Assembly (NCBI GenBank): GCA_964586255.1
Contig: CAZPGE010000003.1
Span: forward strand, 66,537-130,536
Length of the DNA: 64,000 nucleotides
Direction: 5' to 3'
Source: an uncultured Candidatus Saccharibacteria bacterium
GTDB taxonomy: Bacteria > Patescibacteriota > Minisyncoccia > Phycocordibacterales > UBA2100
The notes below the pieces were generated by a model that did no database searches, had not been told where the DNA came from, and saw only the letters and a program-made list of their open reading frames with translations. This document shows, piece by piece, positions 7,850 through 20,454 of the stretch (its first letter is position 1; each line of letters begins with the position of its first letter). The translations under genes and the position numbers were made by a program.

Positions 7850-8393
7850 AAAAAAGCTGTTATAGTCGCCAACGGGAAGAACAAACGTAATTTTGGCGTC
7901 ATCATAGAGAAGAAGGGAATTTCGTCATGCCAGCAATCTGGTATCCACACGGCGTCGGGATTACCGACGATGAAATCAAGAGTCATGGCGAACCCAGGAT
8001 GGTCCAAGCCGGGGCGCCTTTCCACCCCCGCATGCTCGAGGGTGCACGACTCTCGGTGCCGTGCGAGGTCGACAACGGCACGGTGTATCGTGTAAGGACG
8101 CCGACTCCTTCAATGGCACAGTCGCCGGATACGGCCTTCGCGTCGTCGGCCGCACGTCCCGTTCGGACGATTGTCCTCAGCTCGGCGCGCTGATTCGCAG
8201 CGCCGATGGAAGACGGGAGGATATCATGATCCAAAGTTGGCAGCGGGCGACCATCACGGTTGACCCGCTGTTATTTTTTATACAGAGACACGTTGACACA
8301 GACATCGGTGGTGGGACATAGTACGTGCAGCTCAAGCGGTTCGTTCTTTTCAAAGAATCGTGGGGCTCACACTAGCTAGGAAGGATATACGCC

Positions 8394-8654
8394 ATGCTGA
8401 GTCACTATTCATCAGGTAGGGGGTCCCCGGGCATTGATCCTGAGGCCGGAGCGAGCGCCTACTTCGTCTGCACCGAAGAAGTGAAGGGCGCTGTCACAGG
8501 TAATATCGGACGTTGCGGCTGCACGTTCGAGAAAGGCACGTGTCCGGATGAGCGCTTCCATCTGAAGCGACCGGTGCCGTTTTCGCTTCGTTCGGTCAGT
8601 CACGGTCCCGCGGGATTCTACTATGCGGGCGTTCGTCGCTTCTGCCAGCGTTGA
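8394..8654 (+). CDS. Small Cys-rich hypothetical protein (86 aa)
   Basis: AGGAAGGA RBS upstream and an intrinsic terminator downstream. It is the only plausible ORF in the ~1-kb gap before rpoB. Confidence 0.35.
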   Translation: MLSHYSSGRGSPGIDPEAGASAYFVCTEEVKGAVTGNIGRCGCTFEKGTCPDERFHLKRPVPFSLRSVSHGPAGFYYAGVRRFCQR

Positions 8655-8684
8655 ACGCTGCTTTACACCCTCAACATGGGTAAG

Positions 8685-8717
8685 GCTCGGGAGCAATCCC
8701 GAGCCTCCACTTTTTGT
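8685..8717 (+). terminator. Rho-independent terminator
   Basis: ggctcggga-gcaa-tcccgagcc followed by tccactttttgt. Confidence 0.55.
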
Positions 8718-8742
8718 CCCTCGTCTTCAAGCTCATGTTTCT

Positions 8743-8771
8743 TGACTCTCACTAAGTCTTCATATATATTG
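8743..8771 (+). promoter_or_regulatory. Candidate sigma70-type promoter upstream of rpoB (TTGACT-17-TATATT)
   Basis: TTGACT at 8743-8748 and TATATT at 8766-8771. Confidence 0.4.
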
Positions 8772-8922
8772 TGCCGACCTTTGCCCTCTGCCGATTGAGT
8801 CACGGATGCGCGTGGAGCAAAAAAGTCCCGTTGGAAGACACGGGTTTTGCATAGAAAAATTTAATAATGTAGTCACATGAGGCGAGGATCCGCCGGCTGG
8901 CGGAGCTCGCCCCCAACACCAC

Positions 8923-11900
8923 ATGGCAAAATCGTCTGCTCACGTGCGTCCGCAGAAGTTTTTTGGAAAGTTTCGCGAGCCTCTCGTGAAGCTCCCATCG
9001 CTCGTCGAATCCCAGATAAAGTCGTTTACCGACTTTGTCGAAGGAGGCGCAGAGCGTGTGTTCAAAGAGTTTTCTCCTATTTCCGACCACTCGGGAAAAA
9101 AGTTCGAGCTCAAGCTCGTGAAGTTCACTTTTGGTGACCTTCGCTGGGACGAGCAGTATGCGAAGCGTGCCATGAAGACCTATGAGGCACCGCTCTCTAT
9201 GGTGGTGAAGCTCAAGAACAAGACGACTGGCGATGAGAAAGAGCAGGAGATATTCCTCGCAGATTTCCCATGGATGACCGCACATGGCACGTTCATCATC
9301 AACGGTGTCGAGCGCATCGTGGTCCCACAGCTCGCACGCTCGTACGGCGTTTTCTTTGAATCCATTCCTTATAAGGGAAAGGATTACTATGCTGCAAAAA
9401 TAATCCCGGCTCGCGGCGTCTGGATAGAAATCGAATCCGACCCGGACGGTGGTCTCTATGTAAAGATAGACCGCAAGCGCCGCTTCTCAGTGACTTCGCT
9501 GCTTCGCGTACTCGGTCTTACCGACGACGCGTCGATACTGAAGCGCTTCGAGGGCAATCCCGCAGCGCGCGACGCTATAGTCGCATCTCTCGCCGCTGAC
9601 CATGCAAAGACGCAGGAAGAATCGTTTGTCGAAATCTACCGACGACTCCGCGACGGTGACATTGCCACCGCTGACACTGCCCGCGATCACGTGGAAAGTA
9701 TCCTCTCGACGGACCGCTACGACTTCTCACGCGTCGGCCGCTTTCATTTCAACCGCCGCTTTGGTCTCTCCACGAAAGAGGCTGACCTCACCAATTCGAC
9801 TCTCACACTCGAAGACGTCATTCGTATCGTGACGCACATTGCTGAGAGCAATGTGAATCCGCATGCAGAACCCGACGACATCGACCACCTCGGATTCCGC
9901 CGTGTCCGTTTTGCGGGCGAGCTCCTCGAGCAGCGCATGCGCGTGGGTCTCTCGCGCATGAAGCGCAACATCCAGGACCGCATGGCCATGGTGGACCCAG
10001 AGACGGTCACACCGGTGCAGTTCGTCAATCCACGCCCATTCCAGGCCGCAATCCGCGAATTCTTCACCACCGACCAGCTCTCGCAGCTCATGCAGCAGTA
10101 CAACACCCTCGATGAAATCGAGCACCTCCGCACGCTCTCCACGCTCGGTCGTGGAGGTCTTACATCGGAACGCGCAGGCCTCGAAGTGCGCGACGTGCAC
10201 TCATCGCACTATGGTCGCGTCTGTCCGATTCACACACCGGAAGGTAAGAACATCGGTCTCGTCTTGCACATGTCGCTCTATGCCCGCCCCAACGAATTCG
10301 GCATCATCGAGACTCCGTATGCAAAAGTCGAGAAGGGAGAAATAACGAAAGAAATAAAATACCTCAACGCGCTCGAAGAAGAACAGTACGCTATCGCACA
10401 CGCGGCGACCGCACGCGACGACGCGGGGAAGATCACGCCAAGTCTCGTGGAGGTACGAAAGGGTGGAGAGCCAGCACTCGTCGAGCGCACCGACGTGGAC
10501 TTCATCGAAGTCGCTACCAACCAGCCATTCTCGGTCGCGACAGCGATGATCCCGTTCGTGGAAAACGACGACGCAAACCGCGCACTCATGGGTTCAAACA
10601 TGATGAAGCAGGCGGTACCGCTTGTCGTACCGGAAGCACCGCTTGTCGGCACCGGTGTAGAGAGCGCCGCAGCACGCGATTCAGGACGCCTCATCGTTGC
10701 CGAAGAGGCAGGGGAGGTGACCTACGCAGATGCGCAGGTAATCAAGGTAAAGGGCGAGGGCAAGACCAAGGAGTACAGCCTCGTCAACTTCTCCCGCACC
10801 AACGGCTTCACCACATTCCACCAGCGTCCGCTCGTGAATGTCGGCGACAATGTAAAGAAGGGCGCCATCCTAGCCGACACCTCGACCTCGGTCGGCGGGC
10901 AGCTCGCTGTCGGTCAAAACGTCCGCGTGGCATTCCTCCCGTGGTTCGGCGCCAACTTCGAAGACGCCATCGTCATCTCAGAGAAGCTCGCCAAAGAAGC
11001 CCGACTCACTTCGATTCACCAGGAGGAATTTGTCTGCGTCGTGCGCGACACAAAGCTCGGTCCCGAAGTCACGACACACGACATCCCGAATGTCTCTGAA
11101 TTCAAACTCCGCAACCTCGATGAAGACGGCGTCGTCCGCATTGGTGCCGAGGTCCGTCCGGGCGACATCCTCGTGGGTAAAGTAACACCAAAGGGCGAGA
11201 CGCAGCTCACACCAGAAGAGCGACTCCTCCACGCAATCTTCGGCGAGAAGGCCAAAGATGTGAAAGACACATCGCTACGCATGGAAGGCGGTAAGCGCGG
11301 TCGCGTCATCGGCGTGAAAGTGTTCTCGCGTGAGACAGGCGACCAGCTCGAGAGTGGCGTCATCAAGCGCGTACACATCGAAGTCGCGCAGCTCCGCACG
11401 ATTTCAGTGGGCGACAAGCTCGCCGGCCGCCACGGCAACAAGGGTGTCATCTCGCGCATTCTTCCTGAGGAAGACATGCCGTTTGACGCTGAGGGTAACC
11501 CTGTAGACATCATCCTCACACCGCTCGGCGTGCCATCGCGTATGAACCTCGGACAGATTCTCGAGCTCCATCTCGGTCTCGCGGCTGAAATGCTGGGCTA
11601 CCAGGCTATTGTCCCGAGCTTTGCGGGCGCTACAGAGCAGGAGATTCGCGACGAGCTCGTGAAAGCAGGTGTCGACCCAAGCGGAAAGCGAATGCTCTTC
11701 GACGGTCGCACGGGCGAAGCCTTTGCACAGCCTGTCTCGGTGGGTGTCATGTACATGCTCAAGCTGCACCACATGGTGGAAGACAAGATTCACATGCGCT
11801 CAATCGGTCCTTACTCACTCACGACGCAGCAGCCTCTCGGCGGTAAAGCACAAAACGGAGGTCAGCGCGTGGGAGAAATGGAAGTGTGGGCATTCCTCGG

Positions 11901-12102
11901 CTACGGCGCCGCATACTCGCTCCGAGAAATTCTCACCATCAAATCCGACGACATCCTGGGCCGCTCTGCGGCGTTCGACGCAATCGTCTCGGGCAAGCGC
12001 ATCGAGGAGACAAACACACCGGCAACATTCAATGTCCTGGTCAGACACTTGAGAGGTCTTGGAATCGATATCGAATTCCTTGAACACGCTCCGGAGCTTT
12101 AA
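8923..12102 (+). CDS. rpoB: DNA-directed RNA polymerase subunit beta
   Basis: 1059 aa with full-length RpoB conservation (e.g. GRHGNKGVISRILPEEDMPF, NMMKQAVPL). Confidence 0.97.
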   Translation: MAKSSAHVRPQKFFGKFREPLVKLPSLVESQIKSFTDFVEGGAERVFKEFSPISDHSGKKFELKLVKFTFGDLRWDEQYAKRAMKTYEAPLSMVVKLKNKTTGDEKEQEIFLADFPWMTAHGTFIINGVERIVVPQLARSYGVFFESIPYKGKDYYAAKIIPARGVWIEIESDPDGGLYVKIDRKRRFSVTSLLRVLGLTDDASILKRFEGNPAARDAIVASLAADHAKTQEESFVEIYRRLRDGDIATADTARDHVESILSTDRYDFSRVGRFHFNRRFGLSTKEADLTNSTLTLEDVIRIVTHIAESNVNPHAEPDDIDHLGFRRVRFAGELLEQRMRVGLSRMKRNIQDRMAMVDPETVTPVQFVNPRPFQAAIREFFTTDQLSQLMQQYNTLDEIEHLRTLSTLGRGGLTSERAGLEVRDVHSSHYGRVCPIHTPEGKNIGLVLHMSLYARPNEFGIIETPYAKVEKGEITKEIKYLNALEEEQYAIAHAATARDDAGKITPSLVEVRKGGEPALVERTDVDFIEVATNQPFSVATAMIPFVENDDANRALMGSNMMKQAVPLVVPEAPLVGTGVESAAARDSGRLIVAEEAGEVTYADAQVIKVKGEGKTKEYSLVNFSRTNGFTTFHQRPLVNVGDNVKKGAILADTSTSVGGQLAVGQNVRVAFLPWFGANFEDAIVISEKLAKEARLTSIHQEEFVCVVRDTKLGPEVTTHDIPNVSEFKLRNLDEDGVVRIGAEVRPGDILVGKVTPKGETQLTPEERLLHAIFGEKAKDVKDTSLRMEGGKRGRVIGVKVFSRETGDQLESGVIKRVHIEVAQLRTISVGDKLAGRHGNKGVISRILPEEDMPFDAEGNPVDIILTPLGVPSRMNLGQILELHLGLAAEMLGYQAIVPSFAGATEQEIRDELVKAGVDPSGKRMLFDGRTGEAFAQPVSVGVMYMLKLHHMVEDKIHMRSIGPYSLTTQQPLGGKAQNGGQRVGEMEVWAFLGYGAAYSLREILTIKSDDILGRSAAFDAIVSGKRIEETNTPATFNVLVRHLRGLGIDIEFLEHAPEL

Positions 12103-12126
12103 TCGCCACGAACATAAAAAATCTAT

Positions 12127-15100
12127 ATGTCACTCCAAAAGAAAAAGGACATGATTCCGCAGGAATTCGAAGCCGTCGCGATGCGACTCGCTTCTCCTGA
12201 CAGGATGATGGAATGGTCGTACGGCGAGATAACAAAGCCCGAGACCATCAACTACCGCACCCAGCGCCCTGAAAAGAACGGTCTTTTCGACGAGCGCGTA
12301 TTCGGTCCTGAAAAGGATTACGAATGTTACTGCGGCAAATACCGCGGCATCCGTTTCCGAGGAATCGTCTGTGAAAAGTGCGGTGTGGAAATCACCCGCG
12401 CCATCGTGCGCCGTGAGCGCATGGGTCACATCGACCTCGCGACACCGGTAGCGCACATCTGGTTCCTTCGTGGCATCCCATCGCGCATCGCACTCATGCT
12501 CGGCCTCAGCGCCGCAGAAGTCGAAAAGGTGGTGTACTTCGCCGGCTATATCGTGACCTCGGTCAACGATGAAGAGCGTGCACGTCTTCTCAAAGATCTC
12601 GAAGCTGAATTCCAGCAGAAAGTGAAGCTCGCGCCGACGCCTGAAGCAAAGACCGACATCAAGGAAAAGGCGACAAAGGCCAAGAAAGAAATCGAATCGA
12701 TTCGCGAAGGTGTCGTCTTCGACGAAGCGTCGTACCACCTCTTTGCGGTGAAGTACGGAGCGATGTTCCGCGCCGCTATCGGCGCCGAAGCGCTCTACCA
12801 GATTCTCAAGTCCATCAACCTCGATACATTCATCAAGAAAGTGCGCGAGGAATACGAAAACTCCGGCGCAGCCGATCGAGACAAGCTCCGAAAGCGCCTC
12901 GCGCTCTCCGAAGCGCTCAAGCGCGCCGAGGTCCGTCCTGAATGGATGTTCCTTACCCGTCTCCCGGTCGTCCCTCCGGCGCTTCGCCCGATGGTCGCCC
13001 TTGAAGGCGGTCGCCATGCATCGTCCGACCTCAACGACCTCTACCGCCGCGTCATCAACCGCAACAATCGCCTCAAGCGCTTGCTCGCGATTCACGCGCC
13101 GGAAGTCATCCTCCGCAACGAAAAGCGCATTCTGCAGGAAGCGGTGGACGCGCTCCTCGACAACAGCATGCGCCGCGGTGCGGGTGTGCTCGGAATCCTC
13201 GGCGGTCGCCGCCGCGCGCTCAAGTCGCTCGCTGATTACCTCAAGGGTAAGCACGGGTACCTCCGCCAAAACCTCCTTGGTAAGCGTGTCGACTACTCGG
13301 GTCGCTCTGTCATTGTCGTCGGCCCTGACCTCGCACTCGACGAGTGTGGTCTTCCGAAGCACATGGTCTTGGAGCTCTTCCGTCCATTCGTGATTCAGGG
13401 ACTCCTTGCTCGTGAACTCGCGTACAACATCCGTGGTGCAGGACGCCTCATCGAAGACGAAGCACCGGAAGTGTGGCCAATACTCGAAGAGGCGATACAG
13501 GACAAATACGTCCTCCTCAACCGCGCACCTACGCTGCACCGCCAGTCGATGCAGGCATTCCGCCCGGTCCTCATCGAAGGCAACGCCATCCAGGTACACC
13601 CGCTCGTCTGCCCTGCGTACAACGCAGACTTCGACGGCGACGCGATGGCAGTGCACGTACCGCTCTCAGAAGCGGCGCAGATGGAAGCACGAGAAATCAT
13701 GTCGGCCAACAAGAACGTCCTCAAGCCGGGTTCCGGCGACGTCGTCGTGGCATCGAAGCTTCTCGACATCGTGCTCGGCTGCTACTGGATGACCAAGTCA
13801 ATCGACGGTCTCAAGGGCGAGAAGAAATCTTTCCCAACCACCAACGCCGCAATCACCGCATTCGACTTCGGTGCAATCGATTTGCGCGCGAAGATCATGG
13901 TGCTTCCGAGCGAAAACAAGAAGTACGCGCAGTACGAGGGCAAAGTCTTCGAGACTACCGTCGGACGCCTCTTGTTCAACTCGGTCTTGCCCAATGACTT
14001 CCCGTACATCAACGAAGAAATCACCAACAAGCGCATGAGCGCACTCGTGCACAATCTCGTCACGCACTACTCGCTCGACGGCATCCCGGCAATTCTCGAC
14101 AAGATCAAGGCGTTCGGGTTCCGCTATGCGACGCACGCGGGTATCACGTGGTCTATCTCCGACGTCATCGTGCCAAGCGTGAAGCAAGAGATGCTTCTCG
14201 CGGGACACAAGGCTGTTCAGAAAGAAGAGGAGAGCTTTGAAAACGGCCTCCTCACGGAAGATGAACGCCGCCGCTCGACCATCGACATCTGGGCGAAAGT
14301 CTCAGGTGACTTGCGCAAGCATGTCGTCGATGCGCTCGACAAGCAGGGTCCTGTGCACGACATGATCACCTCAGGCGCCCGCGGTAGCGTGGTCCAACTC
14401 CACCAGATGGTGGGTATGAAGGGCCTCATCACCAACCCGCGCGGAGAAATCATCGAATTCCCCATTACATCGAGCCTCAAGGAGGGCCTCACACCAATCG
14501 AGTACTTCATCTCGACACACGGTGCTCGTAAGGGTCTTGCCGACACCGCACTCAACACAGCGCGCGCCGGTTACCTCACGCGCCGCCTCTTCGACGTCGC
14601 ACACGACGTGGTGATTCTCGAAGCAGACTGCGGTACGAAAGATGGTGTGGAAATCAAGCGCCCAGGCAAGGAAAATATCGGAGGCAGCTTTGCGGACCGT
14701 GTCGCAGGACGCGTACTCGCGGAAGAGGCCGGCGCTTTCAAGCGCAACGCGCTCCTCAATCGCGATGATGCCAAGGCCATCGAAGATGATGCGTCTATAC
14801 AGGCGGTCATCGTGAGAAGTCCGATGAAGTGCAAGGTTGCACGTGGTGTCTGTCAGAAGTGCTACGGCGTCGACCTCGCCTCAGGTGAGCTCGTCGACCT
14901 CGGTGAATCTGTCGGAGTCATCGCTGCGCAGGCCATCGGCGAACCGGGTACACAGCTCACGATGCGTACATTCCACACAGGAGGTGTGGCGACCGCTGGC
15001 GGCGACATCACCATGGGTCTGCCACGTGTCGAAGAAGTGTTCGAAAGCCGCACACCAAAGCTCCCTGCGACGATTGCGCGCGTGTCCGGCGTGATTGCCG

Positions 15101-15834
15101 ACATCGTGAAGGATGGTCAGGAGACCATCATCACCGTGGTGCCGACAGAAGGCTCCGCAGGCAAGACAGCCAAGGCTGCGAAGAAGGATTCCGAATATCG
15201 CATCCATCCGCTCCGCAGCATTGTCGTGAAGAAGGGTGCCAACATCGAGAAGGGCGACTTCCTCACCGACGGCTCCGCCGACCTCGAGGAACTCTTCCTC
15301 CTCGCCGGAAAGGAGTGCGCACAGGAATACATCATCAACGAAATTACACGCATCTACGAACTGCAGGGTGTATCGACGGCGCGCAAGCACCTCGAAATCA
15401 TCGTCAAGCAGATGTTCTCGCGTGTATCTGTCGTCACAGGAGGTGATACAGGTGTCTCGGCCGGCGAAATCATCACCGACTTCGAGCTCGACCGCATCAA
15501 CAAGGTTGCCAAGACTGAGAGTGGAGAAGCGGCGAAAGCCAAGCAGCTCCTCCTCGGTATCACGGAGGTCTCGCTCACGCGTGCCTCGTTCCTCTCCGCT
15601 ATCTCATTCCAGAACACGCCTCGCAAGCTCGCAGAGGCAGCGGTGGGAGGCGCAGTCGACCGTCTCGTGGGTCTCAAGGAAAACGTCATCATCGGTCGCC
15701 TCATCCCTGCTGGTACCGGATTTGCAGGCAGCAAGAAGCACCAGATGATAAAGGACATGGAAGCCGGGTTTGCCGCAGAGGCGCCCGTGGATATGCCGAC
15801 CACAGACAGAGACCGCGACCGCGTCGAGCGATAA
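12127..15834 (+). CDS. rpoC: DNA-directed RNA polymerase subunit beta'
   Basis: 1235 aa. Zn-finger [22 protein letters not shown] and the catalytic NADFDGD motif. Confidence 0.97.
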   Translation: MSLQKKKDMIPQEFEAVAMRLASPDRMMEWSYGEITKPETINYRTQRPEKNGLFDERVFGPEKDYECYCGKYRGIRFRGIVCEKCGVEITRAIVRRERMGHIDLATPVAHIWFLRGIPSRIALMLGLSAAEVEKVVYFAGYIVTSVNDEERARLLKDLEAEFQQKVKLAPTPEAKTDIKEKATKAKKEIESIREGVVFDEASYHLFAVKYGAMFRAAIGAEALYQILKSINLDTFIKKVREEYENSGAADRDKLRKRLALSEALKRAEVRPEWMFLTRLPVVPPALRPMVALEGGRHASSDLNDLYRRVINRNNRLKRLLAIHAPEVILRNEKRILQEAVDALLDNSMRRGAGVLGILGGRRRALKSLADYLKGKHGYLRQNLLGKRVDYSGRSVIVVGPDLALDECGLPKHMVLELFRPFVIQGLLARELAYNIRGAGRLIEDEAPEVWPILEEAIQDKYVLLNRAPTLHRQSMQAFRPVLIEGNAIQVHPLVCPAYNADFDGDAMAVHVPLSEAAQMEAREIMSANKNVLKPGSGDVVVASKLLDIVLGCYWMTKSIDGLKGEKKSFPTTNAAITAFDFGAIDLRAKIMVLPSENKKYAQYEGKVFETTVGRLLFNSVLPNDFPYINEEITNKRMSALVHNLVTHYSLDGIPAILDKIKAFGFRYATHAGITWSISDVIVPSVKQEMLLAGHKAVQKEEESFENGLLTEDERRRSTIDIWAKVSGDLRKHVVDALDKQGPVHDMITSGARGSVVQLHQMVGMKGLITNPRGEIIEFPITSSLKEGLTPIEYFISTHGARKGLADTALNTARAGYLTRRLFDVAHDVVILEADCGTKDGVEIKRPGKENIGGSFADRVAGRVLAEEAGAFKRNALLNRDDAKAIEDDASIQAVIVRSPMKCKVARGVCQKCYGVDLASGELVDLGESVGVIAAQAIGEPGTQLTMRTFHTGGVATAGGDITMGLPRVEEVFESRTPKLPATIARVSGVIADIVKDGQETIITVVPTEGSAGKTAKAAKKDSEYRIHPLRSIVVKKGANIEKGDFLTDGSADLEELFLLAGKECAQEYIINEITRIYELQGVSTARKHLEIIVKQMFSRVSVVTGGDTGVSAGEIITDFELDRINKVAKTESGEAAKAKQLLLGITEVSLTRASFLSAISFQNTPRKLAEAAVGGAVDRLVGLKENVIIGRLIPAGTGFAGSKKHQMIKDMEAGFAAEAPVDMPTTDRDRDRVER

Positions 15835-15852
15835 TCGCTCCGACAGTCTCGC

Positions 15853-15885
15853 AAAAGCCGCCCCTCTCGGGCGGCTTTTGCTTTA
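15853..15885 (+). terminator. Rho-independent terminator after rpoC
   Basis: aaaagccgccc-ctctc-gggcggctttt followed by gcttta. Confidence 0.65.
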
Positions 15886-15890
15886 CGGAG

Positions 15891-16478
15891 GTGCATGCTA
15901 CAAGTATGTCGGAGCATGAGAGGGGTTCACCAGTGGCAAAACACAGAAGCTTTACGAAGGCGCTGTTTGAGAAGGTGAGCCCGAAGCAAAAGGGCCCACT
16001 GACCGACGCTCTCTCGGGCTGGGGTGGTCCGATAGAGATGCCATCGATTGATGATGTGCGACAAATGTACCGGCGCCCCGAAATGGAGACCGGCACACAA
16101 GAAGCGCTCATCGCCGTGGCTAATCAGCTCGTGAATGAGCCTGACCGATGGTTCAACGAACTCGCGATTGATGCCAAGTCATTCCGAGGGGTGAAGATAT
16201 TCGAGCGCGAGGGGAGAAACTACTGCGGCCTGCTCATCCACAAGCCGTTCGGGAGCTTCTTCCTGGTCTTCGAGCTTGGGGGCGAGAAGAACGTCAATCT
16301 CTACTGCATGGGGGTCATCGACGACCCGAATGCAGACAAGAAGAATCCGGTAACTTCTTTCCTCGGACATTGCACCTCGGTCGTGCGTGAGTTCGATGGG
16401 AAGCTTGAGCACTTCGTGTTCAAGGTCGGGGTGTTTGCGCCGGGAGCACGTGACGAAAAAGGGGAGTCGGACGCATGA
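15891..16478 (+). CDS. Hypothetical protein (195 aa); its stop overlaps the dnaG start (ATGA)
   Basis: Protein-like ORF. GGAGG lies 3 nt before the 15891 ATG; an alternative ATG is at 15906. Confidence 0.6.
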   Translation: MHATSMSEHERGSPVAKHRSFTKALFEKVSPKQKGPLTDALSGWGGPIEMPSIDDVRQMYRRPEMETGTQEALIAVANQLVNEPDRWFNELAIDAKSFRGVKIFEREGRNYCGLLIHKPFGSFFLVFELGGEKNVNLYCMGVIDDPNADKKNPVTSFLGHCTSVVREFDGKLEHFVFKVGVFAPGARDEKGESDA

Positions 16479-18244
16479 GCCGACTCCCCATGCTTTTTGA
16501 CAACATTCGGAGCATAATGACACCGATGGCACTCGATACCGTACAGCAAGTCAAAGATAAACTTTCCATAGTCGACGTGGTCTCTCAATACGTGAAGCTT
16601 GAGAGGGCCGGTGCTTCGCTGCGCGCTCGCTGCCCGTTCCATGCCGAACGCACACCCTCTTTCCATGTGTCGCCCGACAGGGGCACATACCATTGCTTTG
16701 GGTGCAACGTGGGCGGCGACATCTTTACGTTTGTCCAAGAAATTGAGGGACTCGACTTCAAAGGAGCGCTCAAGATTCTCGCGGAGAAAGCAGGAGTCGA
16801 AATCGTGTATGACAAAAAAGGAGTACGCGACGACCGTGAGAGGCTCTTCGAGCTGCTTGAAGTCGCGACTATCTACTATGCGGGCAAGCTGACCGATGAA
16901 GCAAAAAAATATTTAAAGGAGCGCGGCGTCGAGGACGATACCATCCAGGCATTTCGCATCGGGTGGGCGGGGGACGCGTGGACCGACGTATCCGATTTCT
17001 TGAAATCCAAAAAATTTTCCGATGCAGAAATCGTGGATGCTGGGCTTGCGAAGAAAAGTGAACGCGAGTCCGCCGGCTGGCGGATCACCGACAAATTCCG
17101 CAACAGAATACTTTTCCCTATTGCCGACAGCGCGGGCCGCATCGTGGGATACTCCGGGCGCATATTTGGTGAAAAGGCATCGCCCGAGGCACCGAAATAT
17201 CTCAACAGTCCTGAGACACCACTTTTTCACAAATCACGCATCCTCTATGGCTTCGATAGAGCCAAGGTCGCTATCCGCAAGCACAATTTCTCGATCCTCG
17301 TCGAGGGCCAAATGGACCTTATTTTAAGCCATCAGGCAGGCTGGCCGAACACGGTGGCTGTCTCTGGCACCGCATTTACTCCGGAGCATGCGGCGCTCCT
17401 CAAGCGCATGAGCGACAATCTCGTGCTCGCGCTCGACGCCGACCAGGCGGGCATAAAGGCGGCGAGCAGAGCAGCGAGAGCGGCTCTCCAAGGCGGGCTC
17501 AATGTGAAAGTAGCGCAGCTCCCGAGCGGACTCGACCCGGCCGATCTCATCCTCAAAGAAGGTCTGGAAGTATGGCGTGCAGCGATTCGCGATAGTAAAG
17601 ACATCATCACTTTTCTCCTCGATGTACTTCTACAGCATCTGCCGCAGCAAGATAAATTCCGCCGCGCCGTGGAGACCATCGTGCTCCCGTACCTCTCGGA
17701 TGTGCAGAGCCCGATAGAGCGCGAGCAATACATAAAAGATATCGCCAAGCGACTCGGTGTCTCGGAAGACGCAGTACACGAAGCATACGAGAAGACACCG
17801 AAAGTGCCGGGGGAGATAAAAAAGGCGGAGCCGCAAAAACCCGATGAATTTTCAAAAGCGGACCGCGTACGACAGGCGTATGCATTTCTCCTATGGCAGA
17901 AGTCGGTGCCGAAGTCGGAGTTCGATGTAAAGAAATACGAAGCGGACCTCCTCGAAATCATCGGGAAAGACTCTATGGAGATTCTCGTCTCACTTCCAGA
18001 GACCGAGAGAGAGACGATGCGCTTCTCCGCGGAGCGCGTGCACGGAAAGGGTCACAATGCGGTGAGGGAAGCGGAAGCCCTCCTCGCTGTACTACGCCGC
18101 GAGCAGCTCTCGGCGCGTCTCGCTGCTGCGGCCGCCGCGCTCAAGACCGCCGAAGCCACCGGTGACGAGGCCGAGATGGAGCGACGCATGGCCGAGTGCC
18201 AGTTGTTAACAGGGCAGATTGCCAAACTCCACGCGGGGGTGTAG
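16475..18244 (+). CDS. dnaG: DNA primase
   Basis: CHC2 zinc finger CPFHAERTPSFHVSPDRGTYHCFGCNVGGD, a TOPRIM region, and a helical C-terminus. Confidence 0.93.
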   Translation: MSRLPMLFDNIRSIMTPMALDTVQQVKDKLSIVDVVSQYVKLERAGASLRARCPFHAERTPSFHVSPDRGTYHCFGCNVGGDIFTFVQEIEGLDFKGALKILAEKAGVEIVYDKKGVRDDRERLFELLEVATIYYAGKLTDEAKKYLKERGVEDDTIQAFRIGWAGDAWTDVSDFLKSKKFSDAEIVDAGLAKKSERESAGWRITDKFRNRILFPIADSAGRIVGYSGRIFGEKASPEAPKYLNSPETPLFHKSRILYGFDRAKVAIRKHNFSILVEGQMDLILSHQAGWPNTVAVSGTAFTPEHAALLKRMSDNLVLALDADQAGIKAASRAARAALQGGLNVKVAQLPSGLDPADLILKEGLEVWRAAIRDSKDIITFLLDVLLQHLPQQDKFRRAVETIVLPYLSDVQSPIEREQYIKDIAKRLGVSEDAVHEAYEKTPKVPGEIKKAEPQKPDEFSKADRVRQAYAFLLWQKSVPKSEFDVKKYEADLLEIIGKDSMEILVSLPETERETMRFSAERVHGKGHNAVREAEALLAVLRREQLSARLAAAAAALKTAEATGDEAEMERRMAECQLLTGQIAKLHAGV

Positions 18245-18374
18245 AGTGTCACTACGTACGCGCACAGAGAGTAGTACATAGGGCGCGACGACGAGAAAGC
18301 CAGCTTCCGCAGGACGGGGCTGTTTTTTGCCTTGTATTCCGATTTTCGTAAAATTTTTCATCGCATACACATAT

Positions 18375-19691
<1,317 letters not shown>

Positions 19692-19692
19692 C

Positions 19693-19720
19693 AAAACGAC
19701 CTCGAAAGGGGTCGTTTTAC
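19693..19720 (+). terminator. Rho-independent (bidirectional) terminator after rpoD
   Basis: aaaacgacc-tcgaaagg-ggtcgtttt. Confidence 0.7.
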
Positions 19721-19739
19721 CGAGAACCGTTCTCTGTGT

Positions 19740-20267
19740 TCATAGCTTGTCAGGTATTATCGACCAATCCGTAAAATCATGTACCTGTTGTCTGGCACGC
19801 CTTCCCAATAGAAACGTTAGTGTGGCGATAAGTACTGTGACGACAAACCAGCCGATTATCCAACACCAACTTTGAGAAGAGAGATTTTTGTTGCCAAAGC
19901 CCGTAACTATTACGACGGACATTGCAATTAGTAATGCTCCAAACGAATTAAAGTTGAGTATCGCCATGTTCCAACGTCGCTCAATGTTGCTTCGACGAAA
20001 AGCTCGCAGATCTGGTTCAAGACCCTTCCAATACTCCCATTCCTTCGAGCTATTGAAATCATTAGTACAGAAATTAAGAAAGGCGTACGTGAATGTTGAA
20101 ATAACGTACCCGAGAGCGAATATCAATAACGTGCCCCCAAATAGAATTTGAACCGTATCGTCGCCGGTTCTTAGAAGGCCTAACGATTCACTGGGGTACG
20201 CTGAGGCAATTGCCACAATACTCAGTACTGGCGGAATAGTGTACTTATATTGAAAGAGAGTCTGCAC
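19740..20267 (-). CDS. Hypothetical multi-pass membrane protein on a conspicuously AT-rich segment
   Basis: 175 aa with several hydrophobic helices and a GTG start. Local GC is far below the ~60% background. Confidence 0.5.
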   Translation of the reverse strand: MQTLFQYKYTIPPVLSIVAIASAYPSESLGLLRTGDDTVQILFGGTLLIFALGYVISTFTYAFLNFCTNDFNSSKEWEYWKGLEPDLRAFRRSNIERRWNMAILNFNSFGALLIAMSVVIVTGFGNKNLSSQSWCWIIGWFVVTVLIATLTFLLGRRARQQVHDFTDWSIIPDKL

Positions 20268-20413
20268 TCAAGAATGCTACTCCTCCATGAGGGTTTGTCC
20301 AATGAGGGGATATTCATAGAAACAGCCCGCGGCATGGCTCAACAGAGCTACATCCAAGGGGACCCCTTGGAGTAATGACGGAGTTACGATCTCCGTCATA
20401 GTCAAAAGAAACA

Positions 20414-20434
20414 GCCGGGCGCGAAGCGCCCGGC
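20414..20434 (-). terminator. Hairpin-repeat family member (gccgggcgc-gaa-gcgcccggc); acts as a minus-strand terminator
   Basis: Perfect 9-bp stem with a GAA loop. The minus-strand reading is followed by TGTTTCTTTTG. Confidence 0.6.
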
Positions 20435-20454
20435 TGCGATGGTCCGATTGGGTG

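Noticed and set aside
7860-8390. ~0.5 kb ORF-poor stretch after trmD; searched by eye for rplS, RNase P RNA, SRP RNA or tmRNA signatures
   Set aside because: No L19-like translation in any frame. None of the conserved RNase P (GGAAAGUCCGG), SRP or tmRNA motifs was found. Listed ORFs (7927-8193 and 8061-8321 on +; 7983-8234 on -) have junk-like composition. The function of the region is left open.
12130-13656. 508-aa minus-strand ORF and many other 60-230-aa ORFs antisense to rpoB, rpoC, dnaG, rpoD, gyrA, valS etc.
   Set aside because: They lie entirely inside well-supported conserved genes on the opposite strand. Their Arg/Ser/Ala-rich, low-complexity composition is typical of spurious antisense frames in high-GC DNA.
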